The notes under the pieces were generated by a model. That model saw only the letters and a list, made by a program, of their open reading frames with translations. It was not told where the DNA came from and searched no databases. Of a DNA stretch of 64,000 bases, positions 18,951-27,500 are shown piece by piece. This DNA is from Akkermansiaceae bacterium (lineage in GTDB: Bacteria > Verrucomicrobiota > Verrucomicrobiia > Verrucomicrobiales > Akkermansiaceae), in the NCBI GenBank assembly GCA_051251915.1, contig JBPOGF010000006.1:96001-160000 (forward strand). Direction: 5' to 3'. Each line of letters opens with the position of its first letter. Position 1 is the stretch's first letter. The position numbers and the translations under genes were made by a program.

Positions 18951-19768
18951 TTTATTTTGATCTCAGCTCGCTCTCGTTTTGGGAGCGTGGCGGAGAGTTC
19001 GGTGAAGTCTTTAAGAATGAGGTCTGGTTTGGCGACGTTTGGGTAGAGGGTTTTTCCTGGTCTGTGGATGAAGGCTGTTTGGAGGCCTGCGTTTTTGGCA
19101 CCGGCGAGGTCCCATGCGTGTGCGGCGACCATGAGGACGTCTTTTGCTTCTACGCCTAGGTCATCTAGGACCATTTGGTATGGTGCTGGATGTGGTTTAT
19201 ATTTCTTGAGTTTGTCTACACTGTAGCGCTTTTCTACTAGGTCTGTTAGGCCTGCATTTTTTAGCTGAGTTGCAACGCCTATTGATGAGGAATTGGTGAG
19301 GCTGACGATGATGTATCCTTTGTCCGCTAGTGCTTTTAGTCCTGCTGCTACGTCTGGGTGTGCAGGGAGTGAGCGGAGTGGGGTGACGATGGATTTTGTG
19401 GCGTCTTCTTTGCTGATGGTGATGCCTTTTGTTTTGGCGACCATCATGAGTGCAGCTGTGCCGATCTCGCCGAAGTCATGGTAGTTTCCGCTGAGGGTTT
19501 CTACTAGTGAGTAGTGGAGCATGGTGGAGAACCAGAGGGGGAGGAGGTCTTCACGGCCGCCGAGGGCTTTTCCTACGGAGGTCTTTAGTGGGGCTAGATC
19601 TAGGAGGGTTTCATTGACGTCTAGGATTAGGACTTTTGGAGTGGGTTGCATGGTGGTGGTTTTTGGTGTGGTTGTCTGGCCGTTTGCTAGGGTGAGTAGG
19701 GCGGCGGTGATGACGGTGGCTGATCTGATGATGGAGCCTAGGAATGGTTTGAATGGTTTGCGTTTCAT
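18947..19768 (-). CDS. Haloacid dehalogenase type II with signal-peptide-like N-terminus (start moved to MKRKPF)
   Basis: LILDVNETLLD, SLTNS, KYKPHP, MVAAHAWDLAGA. Confidence 0.9.
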   Translation of the reverse strand: MKRKPFKPFLGSIIRSATVITAALLTLANGQTTTPKTTTMQPTPKVLILDVNETLLDLAPLKTSVGKALGGREDLLPLWFSTMLHYSLVETLSGNYHDFGEIGTAALMMVAKTKGITISKEDATKSIVTPLRSLPAHPDVAAGLKALADKGYIIVSLTNSSSIGVATQLKNAGLTDLVEKRYSVDKLKKYKPHPAPYQMVLDDLGVEAKDVLMVAAHAWDLAGAKNAGLQTAFIHRPGKTLYPNVAKPDLILKDFTELSATLPKRERAEIKIN

Positions 19769-19794
19769 GGTGAATATAGTGGTTGGTGATTGTT

Positions 19795-20343
19795 TTATTT
19801 CTGCCAAGCGAACTGCTCGAACGTTGCGTCTACTGGGGTTTCTGCGATGTGGTTTACGTAGTTGCTAATGACTTTTTGGGATAGGCCGAGGACGATGTCT
19901 AGGAGGTTGCGCTTGGTGTATCCAGCGGCGAAGAATGAGTCGGTTTGTTGAGTTGTGAGGTGTCCGCGGTTGCGTACTATGGCGAGGGTTGTGTCTTGGA
20001 GGATTTGTAATTTCTCTGAGGGGAGTGGGGTGCTATTGCGGAGCGCTTGGGTGATGGCGGGATCTACTTTCATGGAGTTTGCAATATAGGTGTGGGCTGG
20101 GACGCAGTAGTGGCACTCGTGTTCTACATTGATGGTCTGCCAGACGACGGTGAGTTCTTCGGCATTGAATGATGAGTTGGCGAAGAGGTTGTGGAGTTCG
20201 TTGTATGCTTTGAAGATCTGGGGCGACTCGGCCATTACAGCGTGTAGGTTGGGGATCATTCCGTTTTGTTTGAGTGAGTTTTCTAGGAGTGGCTTGCTTT
20301 CTTCTGGAGCGGTTTCGATGGTGTGGAGTGTGTATTTGATCAT
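19795..20343 (-). CDS. Carboxymuconolactone decarboxylase / AhpD-like protein
   Basis: HTIETAPE, GMIPNLHAVMAESP, CHYCVPAH (CxxC..H), KVISNYVNH. Confidence 0.88.
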   Translation of the reverse strand: MIKYTLHTIETAPEESKPLLENSLKQNGMIPNLHAVMAESPQIFKAYNELHNLFANSSFNAEELTVVWQTINVEHECHYCVPAHTYIANSMKVDPAITQALRNSTPLPSEKLQILQDTTLAIVRNRGHLTTQQTDSFFAAGYTKRNLLDIVLGLSQKVISNYVNHIAETPVDATFEQFAWQK

Positions 20344-20384
20344 GGTGGTTGTTTGTGTTGGTTGTTTGTATTTTTGGTTAATAT

Positions 20385-20399
20385 TAGACCAGTCGTCTA
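20385..20399. promoter_or_regulatory. Putative TetR (NemR-like) operator upstream of the AhpD-like gene
   Basis: TAGACCAGTCGTCTA, near-palindromic, identical to 21109-21123. Confidence 0.85.
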
Positions 20400-20483
20400 G
20401 TGTTGTTGTTAAGAGTGAGGGGAGATGTATTTATTCTGATTTATTTCAGATATTTTTGATGGGGTAAGTTTGGGGCTAGATAT

Positions 20484-21095
20484 TTAGCTGGTGGCGAGTA
20501 TGCCTGTGGGGTGGGTGAATCGTTTGTGGACGGTGTTGATCGCTGCTTGGATGGGGGAGTTGTCGCGATTTAAAGCGGCTCGTTGTTGTGCGCCGGTCCA
20601 GATGTCGAGAATGAATTCGGCTTCGGCCTGGGTGTCGGTGGATGGGGGGAGTAGGTTTTTCTCGATGGCTTCATCGAGTATGAGCTTGAATAGACTGATT
20701 ACTTCTTTGAAACCCTTGGCGAGTTCATTGCGCATGTCGTCGCTGAAGTTGGAAATCTCCCCTGAGAGTTTTTGTAGGAGGCAGGGGTATTTGGCACCGT
20801 TTTCTAGGAAACAGGTGTGTGCGCTTTCGAACATTGCGGTGAGGCGGGTTATGGGATTTTCATCGTTACCTTTAGGCTGTAGTTTCTGGCGTTTGGCTGC
20901 GTTTTCAGCTCCAACATAGTGACGGATGAGTTCTACTCCAAGGTCTTCTTTGGATTTAAACCAGTGGTAGAATGAGCCTTTTGGTACGTTGACTGAGCTC
21001 AGGAGTTGATTGATGCCGACAGCATGGAAGCCATGCTCAAGCATGATTTTTACGGCTGAGTCTAGAATTTTTAGTTTTGTGGCAGAGTCTTTCAC
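20484..21095 (-). CDS. TetR/AcrR family regulator, NemR-like
   Basis: HGFHAVGINQLLSSVNVPKGSFYHWFKSKEDLG HTH; CLLQKLSGE and WTGA motifs. Confidence 0.92.
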   Translation of the reverse strand: MKDSATKLKILDSAVKIMLEHGFHAVGINQLLSSVNVPKGSFYHWFKSKEDLGVELIRHYVGAENAAKRQKLQPKGNDENPITRLTAMFESAHTCFLENGAKYPCLLQKLSGEISNFSDDMRNELAKGFKEVISLFKLILDEAIEKNLLPPSTDTQAEAEFILDIWTGAQQRAALNRDNSPIQAAINTVHKRFTHPTGILATS

Positions 21096-21108
21096 GGTGG
21101 CTTTATAA

Positions 21109-21123
21109 TAGACCAGTCGTCTA
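21109..21123. promoter_or_regulatory. Putative autoregulatory operator of the TetR gene
   Basis: TAGACCAGTCGTCTA, 13 bp upstream of the GTG start. Confidence 0.85.
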
Positions 21124-21185
21124 GTAAGTCAAGCGATGTTTTATCTCGGTGAGATTGTGTGATTGATTGATTATGGGGTGGGGAT

Positions 21186-21560
21186 TTACTCAGGGTGGTA
21201 GGAGATGGAGAATTGCTGGGCGATTTTTGCGAGGCGCCTGTTTTGGGTCCAGAGGAGGGTGCCAGGGGAGGCGATTGCGGAGGCTAGGATGAGGAGATCA
21301 TTCCATTGGATGCCTTCTTCCCAGAGTCTATGATGCTTGAGGAGGAGGTGGGTTTCTTCATCTGTGGTGGGCTTGATGAGGTGGAAGGCCCTGAGGTCTT
21401 GTATGGTTTGGTCTCGATCTATGAGATTCCCTACGGCGAGTTCACCGATAATGAGAGGGTGGGTGGCTATGAGATCATGCTCGATGAGTTGGGTGATGTG
21501 AGGGTTTCCGTAGCGGAAATAGTTACACCATATGTCTGTGTCTACGAGGATGGATTTCAT
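21186..21560 (-). CDS. vapC: PIN-domain VapC toxin
   Basis: ILVDTDIW, HPLIIGELAVG, WNDLLILAS, LWTQNRRL. Confidence 0.88.
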   Translation of the reverse strand: MKSILVDTDIWCNYFRYGNPHITQLIEHDLIATHPLIIGELAVGNLIDRDQTIQDLRAFHLIKPTTDEETHLLLKHHRLWEEGIQWNDLLILASAIASPGTLLWTQNRRLAKIAQQFSISYHPE

Positions 21561-21626
21561 TAGGGTAAGGAGTTTAAATTGAGGGGCTTCAGCGACTCAG
21601 TTTCTTTAGTCAATGTTGTCATCGTT

Positions 21627-21827
21627 TTAACGTCGATTGACTCTTTCTCCTCGGTTTGGAACGCTGAAATCTTGCATTGCGCCTGATAGTCTGAGGATGC
21701 GTTTTTTGTTTTCTGTGGCGATGAGTAGATTAAGGGCTTTGGTGATGACGCTGGATGCGTTTTTTTCTTCTAGCATCTCGCAAGCCTTGTCGAAAAGTTC
21801 ATCGTCTATGGTGACTGTTGTTCTCAT
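21627..21827 (-). CDS. vapB: VapB-type (RHH) antitoxin
   Basis: MRTTVTIDDELF N-terminus; directly upstream of the PIN toxin. Confidence 0.88.
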   Translation of the reverse strand: MRTTVTIDDELFDKACEMLEEKNASSVITKALNLLIATENKKRILRLSGAMQDFSVPNRGERVNRR

Positions 21828-21840
21828 GCATTAATTGTAG

Positions 21841-21866
21841 CATCATTGATGATTTTGTCGATGATG
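21841..21866. promoter_or_regulatory. Inverted repeat upstream of vapB, candidate TA operator
   Basis: catcattga-N8-tcgatgatg (8 of 9 bp paired). Confidence 0.5.
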
Positions 21867-22194
21867 TCTGAGGTTTTTTCGCTGCTATTTGGTAGAGTGG
21901 ATTGATGAAACGTGAATTTATGGAAATATGGGCATTTAAGTGTAAAGAAAGTGGTGCTTTGTTTGCTTTTCAATGTTGTTCTAGTTAGAAATCAAACATT
22001 TGCATATAAGTATCTTATCATAAGTAATTTATCGACTGTGTCTATAGTTGCATCTGGTGGTGTATGGAGATTATGTTTGTTCTTGGGTTTTGATTTGACG
22101 GTAGGTAATGAAGGAGATATGTTTTTTATAACTTACATGGTTTATTGCTACTTCTGGACGAGATGGCGGCTGTGTTGATTACATTATTTATTTT

Positions 22195-22650
22195 ATGAAC
22201 TATTTATTGAAACCTGTTATGCTTCTTGTTGTTTTTGCCTCTGTAGCTTTTGGGAAGGTGCCACGTGGGTATGATGCTACTTCGGAATTTGAGGAAGTGA
22301 AGGCTGAGGCGATTACTAAGAAAAAGTTGCTGACGATTGTATTTAAAGGGAGTGATGATCGCTGTCCTAATTGCGCGGCTACGATGGAGAACGGTGAGAA
22401 GGCGGCTAAGTCTTCTTCAAAGATGTTGTTTACGAGAGTGGCGGCTATAAGGAGTAATAAAACTGGATTGCCTAAGGAGATATTGTCTCAGGTGGGGAAT
22501 TTGTCTGATGGAGCGTCTGTGCATTTTTTAGTGTTTAATCCCAATGATTTGAAGTTGGTGGCTAAGGGTGGTCGGACTGAGTTGCAGAGTAATAAGAAGA
22601 GCATTAAGGTGTTTAAGGATGCTGTTAGGGCTGCTAAAAAGGAGTTGTAG
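22195..22650 (+). CDS. Exported thioredoxin-fold protein
   Basis: Signal peptide; KKKLLTIVFKGSDDRCPNC (CxxC). Confidence 0.7.
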   Translation: MNYLLKPVMLLVVFASVAFGKVPRGYDATSEFEEVKAEAITKKKLLTIVFKGSDDRCPNCAATMENGEKAAKSSSKMLFTRVAAIRSNKTGLPKEILSQVGNLSDGASVHFLVFNPNDLKLVAKGGRTELQSNKKSIKVFKDAVRAAKKEL

Positions 22651-22654
22651 TTGG

Positions 22655-22780
22655 GATTTTTTACCACGAATCTACACGAATTTTCACGAATTTTCACGAA
22701 TGGTGTACGATGTAACAGGGTAATGGGTAATGGGTAATGGGTTTTGAGCCGCTAAATGGCAGTGAATTACGCTTAGCATG
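22655..22780 (+). repeat. Composite intergenic repeat (CCACG-type unit with four 10-bp subrepeats, then gggtaat x3)
   Basis: accacgaatctacacgaattttcacgaattttcacgaatggtg, same family as 1899/3962/4108. Confidence 0.9.
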
Positions 22781-22947
22781 CACGATGGGGCAGTTTATTG
22801 TTCCTTAGCTTGATAGCCTTGGTAGGAAGGGGTGGTTTTGCTGTTGACGGAACTTGGCTGCTAGTCTATGGATGAGTGGACCTAGCTGATACGAGTTTGT
22901 CGATCAGGGGGTTCATCTCATTTTAACAACAAATCTAAACTACTATT

Positions 22948-23145
22948 ATGGCCACTACACTACAACGTAACACCAACAGAAGCCGTCCTTCAAAATCAGC
23001 AGGAGCAAAAGCTAAGCGCACAAAAGTGCAACGCCGTCGCCTTGTTGATCTAGGCATGGATGCAGCTGCTGTGGAGCTATTGAACTCAACTGAAGTTCGC
23101 ACACTTCTTAAGCACCCTAAGAAGGTTGCTGCTCAGAACGCGTAG
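22948..23145 (+). CDS. Small basic hypothetical protein (65 aa)
   Basis: Arg/Lys-rich ORF with A/C-rich leader, distinct codon usage and its own terminator. Confidence 0.8.
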   Translation: MATTLQRNTNRSRPSKSAGAKAKRTKVQRRRLVDLGMDAAAVELLNSTEVRTLLKHPKKVAAQNA

Positions 23146-23188
23146 TATTTCTTTTAACTTTACCTGGTCTTAGTGATTAGGCAGATAT

Positions 23189-23234
23189 ATCCCCATGTTG
23201 CTTTGAGTTTTCGGAGTGCGTGGGGATTTTTTTT
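23189..23234 (+). terminator. Intrinsic terminator
   Basis: atccccatg...cgtggggat stem followed by a T-run. Confidence 0.75.
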
Positions 23235-23250
23235 GAGTCCTTTTCGAGTA

Positions 23251-23919
23251 TTATTGAAGATTACCTTCTTCTTCAAGTGCTTCCATTACTTTGAGAGCTG
23301 CGTAGGCGTCGTTGGCTGCGTAGGTTAGTTGACGGGGGCTTAGTTCTTGGAGTCCCCAGTTACTGGTGGTGGTGGATTTGGATTTCTTGAAGCACTGCTT
23401 GAGTATTATGCCTATGGCTCCGCGCACGCCGACCTGTCCTCTGTAGCCAAGTTTGCGGAATGTCTGATCAAGGTCGAGTGTGTGGTCTAGGGTGATTCCT
23501 AATCGATGTTTAATCTGTCCACGGTCGTTTTTTAGCCCGAAGCCTACCTTGAGGACATGCTTGGATGCGATGATTTTAGCTGCTGCTTTCTCGCATTCAC
23601 TGTGGTGGAGCTGAAGGATGTAGGCTTTGTCAGTGAGGGCAAATTGCACGACGTGAGGACCTTCACTTTTCTGTCCTTTTCGGAAGGTGGGTTTGGCTTC
23701 AGTATCGAAGCCGCAAGTTCCAGCAGCCATTATTTCGTCAACTGCATCCTGACATTCGTCTTTGGTTCGGGGAACTAGGATTTGGTGGAGAGAGACCCCT
23801 GTGAAGGTTGGTAAGAGTGCGGTCTCTGCTTTTGTCGGGCCTTGGATCTTTGGGTTAGTGCTTGGTGCAGGTTTGTCTGTGCGGGGACGGTTTTGGGAAT
23901 GTTGTTTGGGTTTACTCAT
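23251..23919 (-). CDS. DEDDy 3'-5' exonuclease (WRN/RNase D-like domain)
   Basis: GFDTE (ExoI), KVGFGLKND (ExoII), SNWG, YAANDA (ExoIII). Confidence 0.9.
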   Translation of the reverse strand: MSKPKQHSQNRPRTDKPAPSTNPKIQGPTKAETALLPTFTGVSLHQILVPRTKDECQDAVDEIMAAGTCGFDTEAKPTFRKGQKSEGPHVVQFALTDKAYILQLHHSECEKAAAKIIASKHVLKVGFGLKNDRGQIKHRLGITLDHTLDLDQTFRKLGYRGQVGVRGAIGIILKQCFKKSKSTTTSNWGLQELSPRQLTYAANDAYAALKVMEALEEEGNLQ

Positions 23920-24036
23920 GTTGTTGCTGTAGATGATGCTTTAAAATCTTTATCGCCTCAAGAACTTATAGTGAATGAATAGCTTCTTAAATCATGAAAG
24001 ATCCAGAGTGATGAATTACCCTTCATTGGCATTTAA

Positions 24037-24132
24037 GAATTTCAACAACATCTTAGATCCATCCGTCAGTCCCTAGCCAGCGGTAGCAAGTGCAGGGTCA
24101 ATCAGTTAAACTCTGGTTTCTACTTTGTTCCT
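24037..24132 (-). pseudogene. hsdR: Relic of the N-terminus of a type I restriction subunit R (EcoAI/EcoEI-like)
   Basis: Manual translation RNKVETRV*LIDPALATAG*GLTDGSKMLLKF resembles the family start as I recall it (MNEAETRAELIDP.L..AGWG..EGS); start lost, two in-frame stops. Confidence 0.7.
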
Positions 24133-24571
24133 GATTTCAGGGGAGGATGCGATCGACATATCGATGTTGAAGTGGAAAGAAAATGCCATTTTGTTTACAT
24201 GTGAGCATGGAAAACACCAGATATGTAAAGAAATGAGTGAAACCTTTATGCTTGGAGCAAGGCCGATCTAGCTATGCGCCGTTAGTTTCGATCGTAAACC
24301 TGGACTCCTATGAAATACTGGATTGCCTTTAAGCGACGCTTAAAAATTTCTTAAAATCATTTAATAGATTTAGTGGGTTTAAGGGGATTCTTAAATTCAT
24401 TTAAAACGATAACTAGTGGATGAATAGCTGATAATAGTCTCTGAAGTAGAAAACACAGATTTCTCTGTTGTCCTGTGAGTTCGTATAAAATGCCTTGATC
24501 TTGTAGAAGCGAGATAAGACGGGTCAGAGTTGACTAGGTTAAACTCCAATTTTTGAATGAGTTCTTGTGAG

Positions 24572-27500
24572 CTAATAGCGTGCAATTTGTTCTCTTATAA
24601 GGTAGGCTTCTGGATGCCCTAAATCTATTAGGAAATCCAGTATATCACGAACGGACTGCCAATTTTTCAAGTCTTCTTTTTGGATTTGCTGATTGGCAAT
24701 ATTATCCTTTAGTAGAGTGAGAAGCATTTTTTGAATATCTCCTCCAAGGAGGTTTAATCCGATTTTGTTTCGTCCAAGTGCTATTGTTTTTGCTAAGTAA
24801 CTCCATTCTGAGGGTAGTAAATCTCCTCCGACGGTATATAGAAATCGGATAAATGGTGATAATCCTACTAAGTTAAAACAATTGAATGCTTTCGAAAAAT
24901 TATGTAGATGATTATTGATAGCTTCCCACTCTTGATTTTTCTTGAAATGCATGTCATTGAGGAAAATTGACTCAACGATGCTATAAAGTGCTGAAGTCGC
25001 TTTTTTACTTTTTGAAGTGCTGAGGTCATCCCATATCGCAATTGCTGCTGAGATGTGTTGTTTCCAAATTGCCCAGAATACTTCTGTCTTTCCAGTCATG
25101 TCTAGTTGCACACACAAATCCTTTAGTAGGGATCCAGCTTGGTTTCCGAGATGCACGATTTGGTATTTAAAGAAATTATCAGTTAAGAACTTCTGAGCTT
25201 CAGAAATGCTTAGATTTAAAATGTGTTTTGCTAATTGTTGCTTAACGTCTTTTATTGTAACGTAACTATGTCTAATTGCTCCATTGCTATTTCGCCATTC
25301 ATCCATCCCGTATTTCCTATTATTCAAGGATCTAGATTCTCCTGCAATCGTCTGGATGAAAGCCCATTTGAAGATTCTGGATGATAGTTTTCTGTGAATA
25401 GTCGATTCTCCAGAACTGACAGCAGCCATGACAGCGCAAAGCCGTTCTTCTTCTTCGTGGCCTCGAGGATAGTAGAGACTTAAAAACCTAGTATCCATTG
25501 AATCTTGTTGAATAAACTGGTTACGTAAATTTACTGTTTCAGACAAGATCTCTCGATGCATTGCACTTAGAGTATCCTGCCAATTTTCATATTTAGAATC
25601 CTGGCTCAATGGACCACGAAAACTTAGCTCAGTATTACGGATAATTCTAGCGCTCAAGATCATAAGTGCTGCGGAAGTAGTCTTTAGTTGTTCATTTTCG
25701 CTAGAGCCAATTGCAAAGGCTGCTGCGAACTGGACAGGTTTTTCAGGTAGTGTGAGTGCTATACTCAATGCACTCAAGATATTATGCTTTCTCTTATCAC
25801 AGATTGGGTCTTCTATGGAGAGAAGAGTAGCAAATGCACGAGCTACCGCTGATTCAGCTTTCCATTGCTTGAGGAAGTGTTGTTGACTGTGGCTTGTTAT
25901 TTCTGAATTACGCAGGAGGGTTGCTAAACACAAATCAATACTCCATGTCTTTTGTTTGTCGTGGAATTCTGACCATTTGTGAATGATACAAACAGCTGCC
26001 ACAAGAGTGGGGGTGTCGCCGTGCATGAATTTCTCTTCTGAATTAAGGCTGGACTCAGCCAATTGGTGAGCCCTTTCAAGCATTTCTTTCCATAGCTCAA
26101 GGTCAGGTTTGTTTGAGGGCATTGGCTCGAGTATTCCTATTGCCCACATTTGTAATTTGATGTGTGCCATGTTTTGTATAGAAGAGCCGGCAGTTTCTTC
26201 TTGGAACTGCTGAATTTCTGTTGGAGGGGCTTTGGTTTCCCACAAAACATGATTTGGATCGCCCTCATTTTTTTTTGCAACGAGGTTTCTGGCATCGATT
26301 CGGTGGAGAATTGTTTTAGCAAGCATCGATCTCTCAGATTGAGGTTGTTTTTGTATTACGCTTAGATGAGAATCAATAACCTTAGTGATAACTTGTCCTT
26401 TTTCTGTCAGCTGAGATTTTAAGAACAGATTTTCTAGGTCACTTCGTCTGTGTTCCATTTGGCTCATCATCTTTCTCTCTTTGAAATAGATATCTGATTG
26501 GTCGTCCCAAACACTCGATCCGCTAGTAGTCCGATCATTCATTAGTCGATGACGGTCTAGGGAAGAGAGAGTGATAAAATCTGATTCTAAAATTGCTGCG
26601 GTGATTTTAGTGCAATCCCACCAATATACTTGAGCAACGGATGCTGCCACGGAAGTAATAGCTAGGTTACGGGAAGATAGAATCAAGCCAGTTAGTATGG
26701 TTTCTAGTTGCTCGGGGTTTGTTGCACCCACCTCTTCGATTAGCCATTTTTCCAGTGCCATGAGTGCGCTTTCTGTGAGTGGGTGACAAGGTGTATTTCC
26801 ACGGTATGCCCGCCACCACGCTTGATCTCCCATCTGAGAGACAGTAGTTTCTTCGATGCTGATTTCTAATTCATATGCTTCTGAATAGGTAGTGCCATTC
26901 TTTACTTTATCTAACCAAGTTAAGGTCTCTTCGTGGACCAATCGTAAAATAAGCGCAATACCAAGTTTGTTACTGGATTGAAGTAATTGCAAAAATGGAC
27001 CACGTATAGCAGAGGCATCAATAAAAGAAAGAGATTCTATTGAGTATGGATGTTCCTGAAAATAGTGTCGGTTTTTTAACCGCCTTTTTTGTGCTCTTCT
27101 AGTAATACCATAAGCATGCAAACATAGTTTAATCATGAGCCGAGGGTAAGCATTTGCTAGGGCCCATCCACGATGATTTGTTGTTATGAACCTTATCATG
27201 TTATCAGCTCTCCAGCCATTTTGAGAATCTGACCTATTTTTGCTCTTATTCCAAGTGACTGCATTCCGAAGTTCTTTTTCAAAAAACTCTTTTCCCAACC
27301 CCTCTGCTAAATGTGCGATTATCCAATAGAATTGGTTTCCGTCATCTCGTGTTCTATAATGCTTTCCGAGTATACTTTCAGATATGGATTCATCCTCTGC
27401 GGATAAATTCCATATTGTTTTTGTTAGTTTAGATGCCTCTAAGAGTCCATGGGGTGAAGGAGTTTCTTTTGTGACTGCTAGATGCCAGTCAGTAAGAGCT

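Noticed and set aside
21561..21626. Possible vapB frameshift (a 20-codon frame in the 66-bp gap ends in TAATG over the vapC start)
   Set aside because: vapB is already of normal length and complete; the overlap may be chance
21912..22178. 88-aa ORF between vapB and the thioredoxin-like gene
   Set aside because: AT-rich divergent promoter region; no recognisable features
24140..24585. 62-aa ORF after the STAND gene and short hairpins (e.g. tttaagcgacgcttaaa)
   Set aside because: No motif support; short stems are expected in AT-rich, decaying DNA
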